A stretch of DNA of 64,000 bases from Eledone cirrhosa (GCA_964016885.1 OZ024742.1:118110001-118174000); one strand, 5' to 3'. Numbered from the stretch's first letter, positions 42,480 through 58,432 are shown. Numbers and translations: made by a program. Notes: generated by a model not told the origin, from the sequence alone.

Positions 42480-43763
42480 CGAAGTTTGCCACAACAGTAA
42501 AGATATTGATGTTTTATTTAAATGGATATTAGACGTACATGAAATTACAAGTTATCTCTTTTAATTGTGACCCTTAGGAAGTAACACAGTGGCCCGACGT
42601 TTTTTCCATTGATCATAGTAGTAGTGGAAGTCATTTTATGTGAGTGTCCTTAGCTCGCCGGTTGCAATGTTTTGTGTTTTCCACTGTCCAAAATGATGAC
42701 CCTTGAACTTCGATTTCAACTTAGGGAAGAGGTAGAAATGACACAGAGCTAGATCTGGGCATTAGGGAGGAATTGGAAGAGTGGGAATTTTTTTCTTCTC
42801 CAGAAATTCTCTAATTTAAAGTACTGTGTGAGCAGGCACGTTACTCTAGTGTAGTACCTAATTTCATGCAATGACCTTTCGGACTCTCTGGACCTGTTTT
42901 CGAAATCGTCACAAAACATTTTTTGTAAAAGGTGCAATTAACAATCTATCCTGGATGTAAAAATTCTTTGTGAACAATACCATGGCTGTCGAAAAAAATG
43001 ATAATCATCGTTTCCACCCTGGGTCTGCTCATGCGTGTTTTCTTCGGAAGAGAACACTTTTTCGTGTGCAACTCCTCACTTTTCCGTTTTGTCTCTTTAT
43101 CATACACGAACACCCATGGTTTATTTCCTGTTATTACTTTATCCAAGAAATAAATTTGGCTCAATTTCAACTCTTTCTAGCAAATCCTGACAACTTTCCA
43201 GCCGGTTCGCTTTTTGCTCCACACGCAATTGTTTGGACACTAGTTTTAAACAAATTGTTTGCATATGCAAATGGTCTGTTAAACTTCCGTGAACTGCATT
43301 TTATCCAAGCCCATTCCTTCTGCAATCATCCTAATCGGCGATCTTTCGCCATTATCGCTCACACCACTTCAACACTTTGTTCATTTGTTGACGAGATTGA
43401 CCCCCAAAAAGAAGTTAGTTTCAACATTTCTTGACCCTCTTTGATAGCTTCGTACCACTTAAAAACCTTATTTCTCCATAAGCTTGTGTTAAATTATTAA
43501 ACGTTTCAGTGGCAGATTTGTTGAGTTTCATACAAAATTTGATCGCGTGCTGTTCGATATTTTCCTGCATCGCAAACGTAACAGATATTATAAATACGTC
43601 TGTACATAAACAGCAATAACTCGCGAGTGACTCAATCGATCATGTTGAAATAAATATGTACGTGCAGCCAAGGTCTTAACCAACACGCCTATGTACATCA
43701 ACTAGGCACTGCATTACTATATACATAGGGAAATCAGTACCCTTACTTTGGGGACAAACCTCG
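42480..43763 (-). mobile_element. Mariner (Tc1/mariner) DNA transposon, decayed, about 1.28 kb
   Basis: Imperfect TIRs (TA)CGAAGTTTGCC.../...GGACAAACCTCG(TA). Transposase remnants VITGNKPWVFVYD..KKTRMSRPRVETMIIIFFDSHGIVHKEF. Confidence 0.88.
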
Positions 43764-45102
43764 TATATGAAAGTGTAACTTAAGGTTATTAGTGATGTAA
43801 GCAGTTTAAAATAAATCTTGCAAAGTTGTTTTCCCTGTCACTCAAACAAGGATATTAAATGTTTGGTTTGTAATAGTAACTCCATCAATAGTAAGGTATC
43901 AGCAAAAATAATTATCGTTAAAGTATCATCTTGTACTTAAACGGTTACTTGATGTGTACCATCTGTCCATTGAACAAGGGAAACATTCATTAAAAAACTT
44001 TAATAATAACACTTAAACAATTCAATTAATTCAAACCCTGTTTTAAGGATATTTTAATGATATACAATGTGAATAATATGACAGTACAAAAATAAACATT
44101 AATATCTTGGAAATAATTTTGTAAGCGTAAGTATGCTTTTTCTCTCTGTTTTTCATGTTTTTTCCATGATTATTTTTTGTTTGTTTTGTAAGTAAACTTG
44201 TGTGTTAATCGACAGCCCGAATGCAATATCCTGCAAAGTCGGTCTAATTCTCGCATTGAAACTTTTTATCACAGAATGTCATCTCAATTTTTAGACGTTC
44301 GTATCCTGCCACAAAAAAAAAACGCAAACAAATACAAAAAAAAATCCACTAAACATTCGATATATTGAAATAGTTGTCTATAATTACGTCTTCTTTTCTG
44401 CCATCGTAATAAACTCACACATTCTTGTGAGCAAAAGACGTATCTGCATCGAAGACGATAATAGATTAGAGTTAGGAAAAGAACTGAGGTTCTAATGGTG
44501 GTGGTTGTTTTTGTAATGTCCCCCATTTATCACCCTCGTAGCAATAAAAAAAAAACACTATTGCTGTTATTGATATTGTTATTATTATTGCCCTCATCAT
44601 TTTTGATTATGTATAAATGATGTTAGGAAGAACTCAATATATAGTATTAGGCTTCCTGACAAATTACATACACTCGTGTCTAATATTAAGGTGTAGTTGA
44701 ATAAATGGTTGCCAGTACTTAATTTTATCGACCACGATGTAATATCGTATTGCTAGTTCTGCCACAATTTATTAATGGTAATGATTGGTAACTTTAGCTT
44801 TGAACCATACATTAGGCGATAGGGTTGAGTTAACCAACGCTCGTTGCAGATTAGTACCGACACAGGCAGAGTAAAAAGAAATGGCAACATCAGTGGGATT
44901 TGAACTCAGAATGGACGTACTATTTACCGCAAGACAGTTTATTCGGCGCTCAACCGATTCTACCATCTGCCACCACCACCACCACAATAATATTAATAAT
45001 TGTCTCTACTTTAGGCACAAGGCCAGCAATTACCCAGTGCATTACTGGTACTTCATTTTATCGACCCCGTAAGGATGAAAGGCAAAGTTAACCTCGACGG
45101 GA

Positions 45103-45476
45103 TTTGAACTCAGAATGAACAATATTATTAATAATATTTGAACTCAGAATGAACAATATTATTAATAATATTTGAACTCAGAATGAATAATATTATTAAT
45201 AATATTTGAACTCAGAATGAATAATATTATTAATAATATTTGAACTCAGAATGAACAATATTATTAATAATATTTGAACTCAGAATGAACAATATTATTA
45301 ATAATATTTGAACTCAGAATGAATAATATTATTAATAATATTTGAACTCAGAATGAATAATATTATTAATAATATTTGAACTCAGAATGAATAATATTAT
45401 TAATAATATTTGAACTCAGAATGAATAATATTATTAATAATATTTGAACTCAGAATGAACAATAATATTAATAATA
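45103..45476. repeat. Minisatellite, 34-bp unit, about 11 copies, derived from a SINE B-box junction
   Basis: Unit TTTGAACTCAGAATGAAYAATATTATTAATAATA begins inside the SINE at 45000-45115. Confidence 0.92.
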
Positions 45477-45905
45477 TTGATAATAATGATTTAATAACAA
45501 TAATAATAATAATTTCCGACATACGCATAAGTGCAAGGTAACAACTTTGGAAGAAGTAGACCACTGACTTAGTGTACCCCAATACATAACTGGTATTTAT
45601 TTTATCGATCCAGAAAGGATGAAAGGTGAAGTCGACCTGGCGGGATTTGAACTCTGAATGTAGATGGACGCAAGTAAATACCGCAAATTTTGCCAATCCA
45701 TTCCTCTATTAAGAAAAATATATAATAATAGTTATGTAGACATGAATCGTAATGTTTTTTTTATGAACATGTCTAGGGGAAGTTGTGGTGTTGATCCCCT
45801 TCTCAACAGAATTAGCAAGGCAATGAAATTGGTTCCAATTTTTGCGGGAAGTTTCAAGAAAATTTGAGGATATTTTATGCACAAAATATTCAAAGCATCA
45901 CAGTG

Positions 45906-45940
<35 letters not shown>

Positions 45941-46047
45941 GCGTTGTTGTTGCTGTTGTTAGTGGTGATGATGGTGGTGGTGGTGGTGGTGATGGTGGTG
46001 GTGATGGTGGTGGTGGTGGTGGTGGTAGTGGTTGTGATGGTGGTGAC
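45906..46047. repeat. (GAT)n/(GTT)n/(GGT)n trinucleotide tract
   Basis: Seen directly in the sequence. Confidence 0.9.
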
Positions 46048-48349
46048 AGCGATAATTTATAAAGTTTATGAAGTGATGTAATCGATTATATCGACTTCAG
46101 AGGTATTATATTTTATCTCGATCAATGAAGGATAAATCGCAAAAATTGACTTCAGCGAGATTTGAACTCAGAACGTAAAGGGACGCAACTAAATACTGAT
46201 GCTGTTATTATTGTTGTTGTTAGTGTTGCAATAGTTGTTGCTTTTGTTATAATAATTCATTACAATAAATTGATTAGCCACACCCAATGTATAAAACATT
46301 ATTCTTGTTGTTTTGTTGTTGTTGTTGTTGTTGTAGTTTTTGTTGTTGTTTTTGATCTTGTTTTATTTTTTCTGGTTTTGGAGATTGAATTATTGCAGAT
46401 AGTTTCATTTTGTTATTTTTAACGAACATAACCATGTATATATGCATTGATATAACTATGAATCACACAAACATACATATATGGTTCAAATGTAACATGC
46501 AAGGCAGATGGGGAAGGACATATTTAATGGAAATAGGTTTCAAACCTGCATTATAGAATTCTAGTACCCTCAATAAACATATTCTGACATATAAGCTTAG
46601 CTCAAACTTGATCCCAAACATAGCACCTCGATTGGAATTACATATATTAGAATTACATACTAAAATATATAAACAATAAGCAATTTATTATGTATGAATA
46701 TACACAAAATAGGAGAAGCTTCATACGAAAGACACTGATATAAAATATATTTCTGTTTTAGATAGGCACAAAGGCTGAAATCACGGCGAATGAACAGGGA
46801 TTTGGTGGCGTGATAGCTCTTTCCACAGGTGATACAATGTAAGATGGAATAAATTGCCCGCAAACAGATTGTTTAACCTTTCGTCATAACGTTAGCCTTA
46901 ATGTCAAATATACTAAATGCTTTGATATGCTTATAACTTGGAGAGGTGAAATGAGATATTGCGGTACCCTGTTTTTTACAAGAGCTTTAGTAACCATGGT
47001 CTTAAGCAGTCACCAACGCCATTTTTATTCACTGAGTGAGTACACTACGTACATTAAATCTATTTACGATAAATATGGCGTATATATTTATGATGTGAAG
47101 CAACAGTTAAACAGATAGAAAATTGGGGAGACGGGAAGAGATTGGCGAAAAGATTGAGAGAGAGTAAAAGAAGAAAAGTATAGAATATTAGCACTTTTAT
47201 ATTAAAGTAAAATTGTGTTTTAATTTTAAATTCTTTCTACCAGATACTATCTTGATTTCTTTAAAGAGAATTTTTAAAATTTGCTATTAAAATATCTAAA
47301 ATATTCATTGAATGTTTTCTTAAAATTATTAAATTGATAATTCTTCACAGAACATATGATAAATTCCTAACCAATGGAAATTAGTAAGACCATAACACCA
47401 TCTTGCTCAACTTTATCTGTTTATTCATAACATATTTGGCACATGTATTTTTATATAAATGCATAAATGTATAAATACAGTCAACTACATTTTTGTAGGA
47501 GCCATAGATATCTACTACTTCTTAAAATCAAGAGCCAATCTTAAGGGCCAATACTTGAAGAGGATTGTATATAATTATTGCAACATATTTTACTATGCTA
47601 TTGTTGTTCACTTCCTCAAATATGGATGTATTGATAAGGCAAAGTAGAAGTTTGAGGGACTTGAAGTTTGAGGTAGAAATTACAGAAACAGCATAACATC
47701 AACGAGCCAATTTTAACAGTTTCAATCTAATCACTCAAACGTTTAGAAATAGCAATCAAATATCCCTCAAATCTTATCCTATCTTCTTAAAATAAATAAA
47801 GGACATGATGGATAATATTGTATTATGCCTGAAAAAATACGTGATGGTAACGGCTGAACTACTTTTGATAATGGGTTTCTTTGATCAGACTTGACATGCT
47901 AAACAATGTCAACACTACAAATTTGGTGTTTAGCTGACTGAGCCTTATATTCTGACAACAGATATTCTGGCAAAAATAAAAGTGTGTAGGCCAAAGGATT
48001 AGAAACAAAGAGGAGAGGATATGAAAAACCTTTTTTACTATAATTAAAAGCTTTTTTGCCCAAGCATCGCATGTTTACAGACACATTTTATCTAGGATAA
48101 CATTATCAATTGTGTCATTTCTTATTCAAGACAATAAGCTGTGATTTAAGGGGGTAAAATGTCTGCCATTTCTACCAAGTTGAGTAAACGTGTAGAAACA
48201 TTAGGTCATTAGGTTTGCTGATAGTAGTACTTGATAGTGGCACTGTAGAGTGTCTTCTATCGCTACAGTGTAATATGAAATGGTGAAGTTGTTGGTGATG
48301 TGAATGTTCATAATACGACAAGAATAATGTTATGATACACATCTCATAT

Positions 48350-48456
<107 letters not shown>

Positions 48457-48519
48457 AAATATTTGCATAATTGCAAACGAATCGAATATTATTATTATTA
48501 TTCGAAGAACTCAGATTAC

Positions 48520-50068
<1,549 letters not shown>

Positions 50069-50764
50069 ATAATAATAATGATTTCTTTCCAACTGGCGAA
50101 AAATCAATTTTTCAAATGGAAAGGTCAGACAATTGAATGAAACCAGTAGAATAATTTATCGATTATAAATAACAATAATATAACAATATCAAAACAACAC
50201 CAACAATAACATCAATAATATTTCATTTTTTTATGTAGGAAAGGAAACCTTTCTTGTATCACTATCAGGCCATGAATAATAAATAAATAGTTATTAAAAT
50301 GCGATTTGTTTGGTTCTAGTGGTAATGCCAGCTTTGTTGTTGTTGTTGTTGTTGACAATGATGATGATGATGATGATGATGATGATAATGATGATGGTTA
50401 CACTGTTAAGTAAAAAAAAAAAAAATGAAAACAAGCCAAATTGAGGTAAAAATACCATCAGTTAGTGGACGGTGAATTCGAATATGTTGACAGGAAAAAT
50501 ATTATTGCTGTCTATTATTACGACTGCTAATTCTGTGTTTAATGTGATAATGATCACACAAATCATATTAGCCTAACACAGCAATGTTTTTGTTTCCGAT
50601 AGACGAATGTTTGTATGTATGCTAGTACGTCTATGTGCGTGCGAAGGGGAACGTCTGTTTACATGGATATATATTTTTTGGATAAATATATACATGGATA
50701 TATGTGCGCGTGTGTTCCAATGTATACGTGTAGCATACTCACATTAAGTATATTATCAACAATA

Positions 50765-50797
<33 letters not shown>

Positions 50798-50833
50798 CGC
50801 TTTTTCTACCCGCCGAAATGCGATTCTCGCTCA

Positions 50834-50905
<72 letters not shown>

Positions 50906-51010
50906 TTATTTATTTTCCATGGAGGATTACAATATATATGAGAATGTATATGTATATACTTTAACCAATTTATCCATATTGTTTATAATAAAAAATATAT
51001 AACTCTTCTG

Positions 51011-51095
<85 letters not shown>

Positions 51096-51825
51096 GCTTT
51101 GTTTCTCTTTTTTTTCCCTCTCTGCCTTTATCCCCAACTGCTCCTACTTATACACAGCCACATACAAACAATAAACTTCGTAACAATGTTTTTCTTATGC
51201 CTGATACAAATATATGATATAAATAGATAAAAAAAATATTCTCTCAATCGAGCGCCGAACCACGTCTACGGCTGGATTGGAATTCTCTCCCGTCCCACTT
51301 ATATCCAACAAATAACGTAAATAAATACAGAATTCTTACACTAGATACATATAAACAAGAACATTGTGGTTAAGAGTAATTAATTGGAAGGGCAGACGGG
51401 TTTTTTTTTTTACTATGGTATCCAGGTTGAGGATCGTTTTTGGTACATTTTTACCGTGGAACCAACCACAAAATAAATTAATAAATATTCGAGTGACGCC
51501 TTGGAGTTGAGATATCTATAGCATTTTCTTATAAATGATAACAACTCCTATCTTGCGTCGTGTCGACATACCACAACGGATGGTAACTTTTTGACATTCA
51601 CAATATTTCGTTTTATATTGTCACAAAAAAAAAAAAAATAGTCCTTGTGCTTTCATTGCAGCATTTAACCTTAATGGTTTTCATGTAATTATTGTTTATA
51701 CAAAATCTTTGTTTACAAAATACATTTTAAAAATCAGTACCTCCGCAAGTTTTCACCGGTGGTAGTGTAGCAGCTTCTCAGCCCAAGCAGTCGATTGTCA
51801 TATATATATATATATATATACATAC

Positions 51826-51880
<55 letters not shown>

Positions 51881-52144
51881 CATACATACATACGTACATA
51901 TATATAATATATATATATAAACATATATATATTCACGTGTGCGTGTGTATGTGTACGTGCGTGTGTGTGGCTGTATATTTTGACTTTAAAAAGTGTAGTT
52001 TTATGTTTATGGGTGTTTTATGTCTGTCGCACGGGAATGCCATTCATATGGAGTATTTGATACATTGACAGTAATTCGTTTGACATGAAAAGCAACAGTA
52101 AATATTCAGTGAATACTAAACATATAAATTAGGTTTCAAAATTA

Positions 52145-52301
52145 ATTGTTTCTACTTTTGGTACAAGGCCAGCAATTAACCAGTGTATTACTGGTACTTT
52201 ATTTTATCGACCCCGCAAGGATGAAAGGCAAAGTTAACCTCGGCGGGATTTGAACTCAGAATAGCAAGGGCCGTAACTCTATGCCTCAAAGCATGGCGTC
52301 A
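52145..52301 (-). mobile_element. tRNA-derived SINE downstream of the GPCR stop codon
   Basis: Same family as 28572. Confidence 0.85.
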
Positions 52302-53109
52302 GAAGCAAATAAATATTGTTCCTGTAATATTAATAAGAAAGGTGGGATCTTGCCAATGATAGCAATGTTGTCGACATGATGAGGATGACTGTAATGACAA
52401 AGTGGTTACAATGATCGTATAAAAATGTTTGTAACAATAATAACAGTAATTATGTTAATAATGATGATGAGGATGAGATTTGGACAATCAAACTAGGTTC
52501 AGTAATATTTGAAAAAATCATTCATATAAAATTTAGATTTTTTCAATAACAGAAGAAAAATAAAAACATAAACAAATTGTAAAGTTAAGAAAAATACAAG
52601 AATACGAAAACAAATTAGAAACAAAACAAAAAGAGTTTTGTTTTTTACTGTCAATTACTTTCTCTTAATGGTTCCAGAATGCACATGGTATCTGTTGGTG
52701 ACAGATTTGTTCCCATTTTGTGGTTTCATTTGTCCAAATATAGTTGTCCAAATATAGTTGTCCAAATATAGTTCAACGAGACTACGGCATACTTCATATT
52801 TTTTCATGCTTCATCTCTTTTTTAATCTTCTTTAAGATCCGTTGACGAGTTTAAGTCTTTGTATGCATATAAGAGTACAAGTTGCTTCAGTGATAGTTTC
52901 TGAAGGCTTAAATGTCCATTGTAGCGCTTGATTTGTTAGATTCAACCCTTACATGATACTTTTCAGACAAGATCTTCGCGGCATTCAGCCGATTGAAATA
53001 AAGGATCTATCCCATATTGCATCGATGGATGACATCACATAAACTCTAACCGTCAGAAATAATTTGCGTTTAGAAATGTGTTTCCTTCCTTGTCATCTTT
53101 TTTAATCAT

Positions 53110-54708
53110 TCAAGGAATTTTACGGGAATCCCGGGACGGAGTCGAAGAGGTTTGTTCATGTATTACTTCCGGTTCATTATTTTGTGGAATACCGTAATAA
53201 AGAAGAGCTTCTTCGAAGCGTTTTTGTTTGGAGTTACGATTTTTACACCAAGATCTAAACGCTTTGCGGAAATCGCTGTTGCAGAGGCCATAAAGGAAAG
53301 GGTTAATGGCAGAGTTAGTTGCTAGAACCCAATAACTTATTGTCATAGCAAGAGACGGTATATACCAACTCCCATAGGCAGATCTCAGAATACTGCATAC
53401 GGTATATGGTGTCCAGCAAAGTGTGAAAACTAGCACAAGAAAGCCCAGAGAGCAGGCAGCTTTCTTGTCCTGTTTGACAAACATGTCTTTTACCAAATCA
53501 TCACTTTGACGGCGCAGAGCCAAACCGCTACGACTACCGGAGCTGGAGGAACCGCTACTACTATTGCTACTATTACTACTTGTGCTTCCACCTTTGGTTA
53601 ATCCGATAATAGAGTACCGCTTATGTTTCATAGCGGGCATCATCATACCAGTTGCATCGAAAGAGACATGTCTCTTATGTTGAATAATTCGGGCATATTG
53701 TGCGAATGCTGAGGTGTTCGATACATAATGACTTAATGGATTTCGTCTCGTTGATAAGGGACCCACAAACGAGTTTCTTTTTTCATCGCATATCAACATA
53801 CCTCCAACACTACTTCCTTTCCGATGAATATTTGGTAGCATGTTGTCAAGATACTCTTCCAATTGTCCTATAGTATCCGATTCCGATGACGATTTTCGGT
53901 AATTGAGAAAGAATGTGTCTGATGTGCTTAGCGATCGTCGAATTTTCATTCCTTTTCGCTGACTAATCTTAAAATAGATACTTGCATTGATTATCCACAG
54001 AGCTGCCAAGGGTAGCAAATACAGGATAATGGAAGTCAAGGTAATGAAGATTAGGTTGTTTTCAAATGGAGCATGACAATTTACTTGGGTGCTATCAATG
54101 GAGATTACAGATTGCGATGGCGTAGTTTCGGAAGCAATTGGTCCAACGGTAGATGATAATATAGAAAGCAATGTCTTTGGTGTGCTAACTACTGGGCTTT
54201 TATTATGATCGACGATATCCCATCCGAGTGTTGGTGGAGCATAAATAGCAAAGCTAAGTCCCCAACTGAACAAGACTGACCAGAGGGCAAGTTTTCTGCT
54301 TTGGCGGACTCTATATGAAAAGGGATGGTTTATAGACCACCAGCGGTCTACAGATATCAGCATAATACTAAGAAGAGATATATAGAACAAAGAATATCGA
54401 AACATGAGGAACACCTTGCAGAAAGGTCCCTGCATCGACCATAATCTCCCTCCAAGTTCTTCAAGTATGTAAACAGGCATCGTACATCCAATAAGAAAGT
54501 CAGCAAATGCAAGGCTAACAATAAAAATGTTCTTACATTTCCGAAGTTGTTTGTAGCGAATAAACATTATAGTGACCAGCCCATTACCGATAAGTGTAAC
54601 TAAAGTCAAAATAATCACTGGTAATACCTTTATATATTTCCAAATCTCTCCGTTATCTCCGCTGACAGGAGATGGTCCCATGAGAATATCTTTGGATACA
54701 TTTTCCAT
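53110..54708 (-). CDS. Class A (rhodopsin-like) GPCR, aminergic/muscarinic/histamine-receptor-like, single coding exon, about 532 aa
   Basis: Uninterrupted ORF with 7 hydrophobic segments and the class A motifs GN (TM1), SLAFAD (TM2), C3.25...DRW (TM3), CWTPY (TM6) and NSAINPFLY (TM7). Long Ser-rich ICL3. First in-frame ATG at 54708 (MENVS, N-glycosylation sequon). Confidence 0.93.
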   Translation of the reverse strand: MENVSKDILMGPSPVSGDNGEIWKYIKVLPVIILTLVTLIGNGLVTIMFIRYKQLRKCKNIFIVSLAFADFLIGCTMPVYILEELGGRLWSMQGPFCKVFLMFRYSLFYISLLSIMLISVDRWWSINHPFSYRVRQSRKLALWSVLFSWGLSFAIYAPPTLGWDIVDHNKSPVVSTPKTLLSILSSTVGPIASETTPSQSVISIDSTQVNCHAPFENNLIFITLTSIILYLLPLAALWIINASIYFKISQRKGMKIRRSLSTSDTFFLNYRKSSSESDTIGQLEEYLDNMLPNIHRKGSSVGGMLICDEKRNSFVGPLSTRRNPLSHYVSNTSAFAQYARIIQHKRHVSFDATGMMMPAMKHKRYSIIGLTKGGSTSSNSSNSSSGSSSSGSRSGLALRRQSDDLVKDMFVKQDKKAACSLGFLVLVFTLCWTPYTVCSILRSAYGSWYIPSLAMTISYWVLATNSAINPFLYGLCNSDFRKAFRSWCKNRNSKQKRFEEALLYYGIPQNNEPEVIHEQTSSTPSRDSRKIP

Positions 54709-56956
54709 GTTTCGTGAAATAGGCAAAATAGCTCAAAATGAGACGTATGCAACTAAATGTAGCTGGAAAGTCAAATATAGTCCCAAAACTAATATATTCC
54801 AATGCACGCATTCATGGATGCTAACATACAAACAAAAACAAGTGAACACATAGTCTTTTAAACTGAAAACCTTGGCTCGTCTCTGAGTTTTCTAATCATT
54901 CCAGGTAAAATCCCGAGAAGTACTTTCCTGTTTTAGAGTGAGTCTTCGAGTAATTCAAAATATTTCATCAAATTTCTGTTAATAATACTTATGTAGAATT
55001 CAATTTGTATTGTAGTAACACATCGAATATTTCGAATGACAAATAGTCGTCCAGTGTAAAGTTTCAGACTACAGAATTTTCCGGGGTTTTTTTTCTGTAA
55101 ATAAATTACAGTAACAATGTTAAAAAGATGAATACAACAAGTATTTGTCCGTATAAATATATGAATTAATAGAATAAATTTTTATAGAAATAAATATGTA
55201 TTTTGTAACAAATTTATAATTTTTGCAATTTAAATATTGATAAGCGTTCATAAAATGTAGTATATGTTATCTTTTTTAAAACTGACTGAAGAGATGTGTT
55301 GTTTACAGAATATATGTAGTAAATGTTAGCTATACTAATGATCTGTGTATATACGCTTAGTACAATGGCACATCCTGTCAGTGTAATAAGTTTTCTATAC
55401 TGATCTTGATGAAGCAGCTACAGCTGTGAATGTTGAATGTTGCCAGTCAAGTTTACTGCAAAACTGAAGTTGTTCATTTGTTGGTAGCGAGATTCTATTA
55501 TATATTTCTTTTTTCATCTTCCTATTATTTGTGTAATTGTGCGTGTGCGAGGTAGCGTGTGAGTGCGCGTGTATAAGGATGAGTGTGTATGTGTTTGTGG
55601 GAGTATCTCTCTCTTTTTCTCTCTCTTTTACTCCTTCCCTGTCTTTCGCTCTTTCTCTATCTGTCTCACTGTTGCTTCCACTCTCACTTTTAATCTTCCT
55701 CCCCACTTTACCACCACACTTCCTGCTTCGGTTTCTGCTCGTCAGTCTTCATCTCTAACTGACTCCCTCAGCGAAAACTAAAGGTGCTACTATATCAGTA
55801 TGTGAAGAATGCGTTAGATGGTTGTAATATGTGTGGCAGACAACCGCGTTGTTAAGTCTGTATATGGTGACCACAGCAGTGTCTGCAGTTGGTGATACCG
55901 CGTGTGGTAGTCTGTGGATGCTGGGGGTAAGAAAATGTGGAGAGATTATAGGATATTAGGGAAAAAATAAGAAATAAAATAATACAAAAAAATACAACAT
56001 ACAAGAAGTTAAAATAGGGGGGGGGGTGAAATACGGGGAAAAAATGTCAAAACAAAATAGCAGTTCCGACTGGCTGAGTGGGGATGGAATGGAAAATATT
56101 GATGGACTCGCCGGTTGGCTGTTTCATTTGCAAAACACAGCTGGTGTGTGTTGGAGTGTGGTGGTAGGAAGAAGAATTGCAGGATATCGAAGTATAAAGC
56201 AGAGCGGTGGGCGTAGGTGATATATAAATGAAGATAAAGATGCGGGTTATCGGGAACAAAAAACAAAGCGTTTTGTAAACATCTTGTCATTCGCCGTTGA
56301 TCTTTATTTTCTCGCTTTTTACATCACATATACTCTCTCTCTCTCTCTCCGACTCATTTAATTTCCTTTCTTATTCTCACTACTACGTTTATGTTGCTTA
56401 GCTTCATTGTTATATACTCACTATTAACAGATTGTAAATAAACACAGTACTTAAACAATCCTCTCGTTGTATTTCGAGCAGGCATTCGCTATTCTTACAA
56501 GTCCACTTGTAGTTTCTGTATATGCCCCCAAGGCATTCTTCATTTCATCCTTGTCGATCACACAAACATGTATAACTACAAAATACCCTTCTCTCTTTAT
56601 CTCTTCGTGTATATCTATCTATTCGTGTATATTTCTGTCAAATCCTATTAGTTTTTTCTATTGCAGTTTTCCATTTTTAAAGTCTCAAGCGACTAGTTAC
56701 TACACACAATCAAATGTTTCATTAAATGTCATAGTGTCTTTAATTACCTTACAAAGAGCTCAAATCTCACCGATGTCATCTTCGTTTTTTATTGCTTGTA
56801 GATCGCAAATTATATTAATGGTGAATTATCCCTTCACCGTTTTATTTCTTCTTTTTTATCTTTTTTTTATCTTTCTTTTATGCGTTTATATTTGTATTTA
56901 TTATATGTGTTTGTGTTTTCGTTCTGTAACCATCATATTATTATATTTCTATACGA

Positions 56957-57072
56957 TCTGAGTTCAAATCCCGCCGAGGTTGACTTTGCCTTTCATCCTT
57001 ACGGGGTCGATAAAATAAAGTACCAGTAATGCACTGGGTATTTGCTGGCCTTGTGCCTAAAGTAGAAACAAT
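56957..57072 (+). mobile_element. 5'-truncated SINE
   Basis: B box through to tail of the 28572 family. Confidence 0.85.
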
Positions 57073-57420
57073 TATTATATTTCTATACTAATGTGAATAA
57101 AAGACGATTACTAGAATACATTTCAAAGAAAAGTCACAATTTTTTGCCATTGAAACGAAACGTTTACACAGACTCGGGCAAACACATACTCACGGGCACA
57201 TGCACACACATACGAGCGCGCACACACGCACATAGGCACACACACACACGAACACAGAAACACAACCATACAGACGCATACAGACCGTGCAAGCACACAC
57301 ACACACACACACTCAGACGTAAAGACGCACCTATACAGACGCACACACGCACACACGCACACACGCACACATGCATGTACACACACACACACGCATACAT
57401 ACACACATGTACACACGTGT

Positions 57421-57473
<53 letters not shown>

Positions 57474-57561
57474 AAGAGTAGTTCTCTATGAATGCTTAGG
57501 ATGTTTGGTTTCAATTCACAAATGTTTCACAAATGCAAACCTGTTACATCTCTTCTCTCTA

Positions 57562-57602
<41 letters not shown>

Positions 57603-57910
57603 ATACATATGAATGTGTGTGTGTGCGCGCATAGGGGCTTGCATGTTCGGAGGAGTGCGTGTGCGAAGATATGCGTGTGCGCACACTAGTTGTAGTTTTC
57701 CTTCGTATTGTATTTGCTTATATTTGTAATATGTTGCGTAGTTCAGAAGTTCCCTTCATAACTACATAGTTTCTGGTCTGATCCCATTCCCCAGCGTCTT
57801 CGGCAATTGACTTCAATCATAGCCTCGGATTGACCAATACCTGGTGATTGGAAATTGGTAACGGGAAGTTAGGTGGAGTCCCAACGTATGTATATATATA
57901 TATATAACTG

Positions 57911-57950
<40 letters not shown>

Positions 57951-58186
57951 CTGTTGTGTAACCACTTCTATATATATTTTGCTTTTATCCTTCTATGTTG
58001 TTCACTTGTCCCCCTCGCTTTACGCGATTTACTGGTCCCAATACCTTTTTTTAGTTATTGCTCGCACCAACCTGAGGTATATGATTTTTAATGCGATGCA
58101 ATACCAATGATGGTTGGAAAATCACTGACGAAGGACTATTTTATATGTAACCCATGTGCAACCACGCAGTATTCTTCTTTCTTCTC

Positions 58187-58222
<36 letters not shown>

Positions 58223-58225
<3 letters not shown>

Positions 58226-58319
58226 GGTATCCTCCAAAAACGTATACACAATTTGATTACCTGTACAACCATTATTTATGAGAATACTGTTGAAGTGTGT
58301 ATACGTTTTTTGGGACACC

Positions 58320-58322
<3 letters not shown>
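58223..58322. mobile_element. 100-bp Tc1/mariner-type MITE
   Basis: TIRs CAGGGTATCCTCCAAAAACGTATACAC / GTGTATACGTTTTTTGGGACACCCTG, inserted in (TA)n. Confidence 0.8.
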
Positions 58323-58404
<82 letters not shown>

Positions 58405-58432
58405 TGGTTACACAACAGTTAGTTCACCATAC

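Noticed and set aside
52730-52773. Three copies of TTGTCCAAATATAG downstream of the GPCR stop codon
   Set aside because: An ordinary short slippage duplication with no evidence of function.
56467-56961. 164-aa hydrophobic ORF upstream of the GPCR
   Set aside because: Non-ATG start, T-rich low complexity and no recognisable motif.
58125-58170. CTGACGA possible hammerhead start
   Set aside because: No downstream GAAA or closing stems found.
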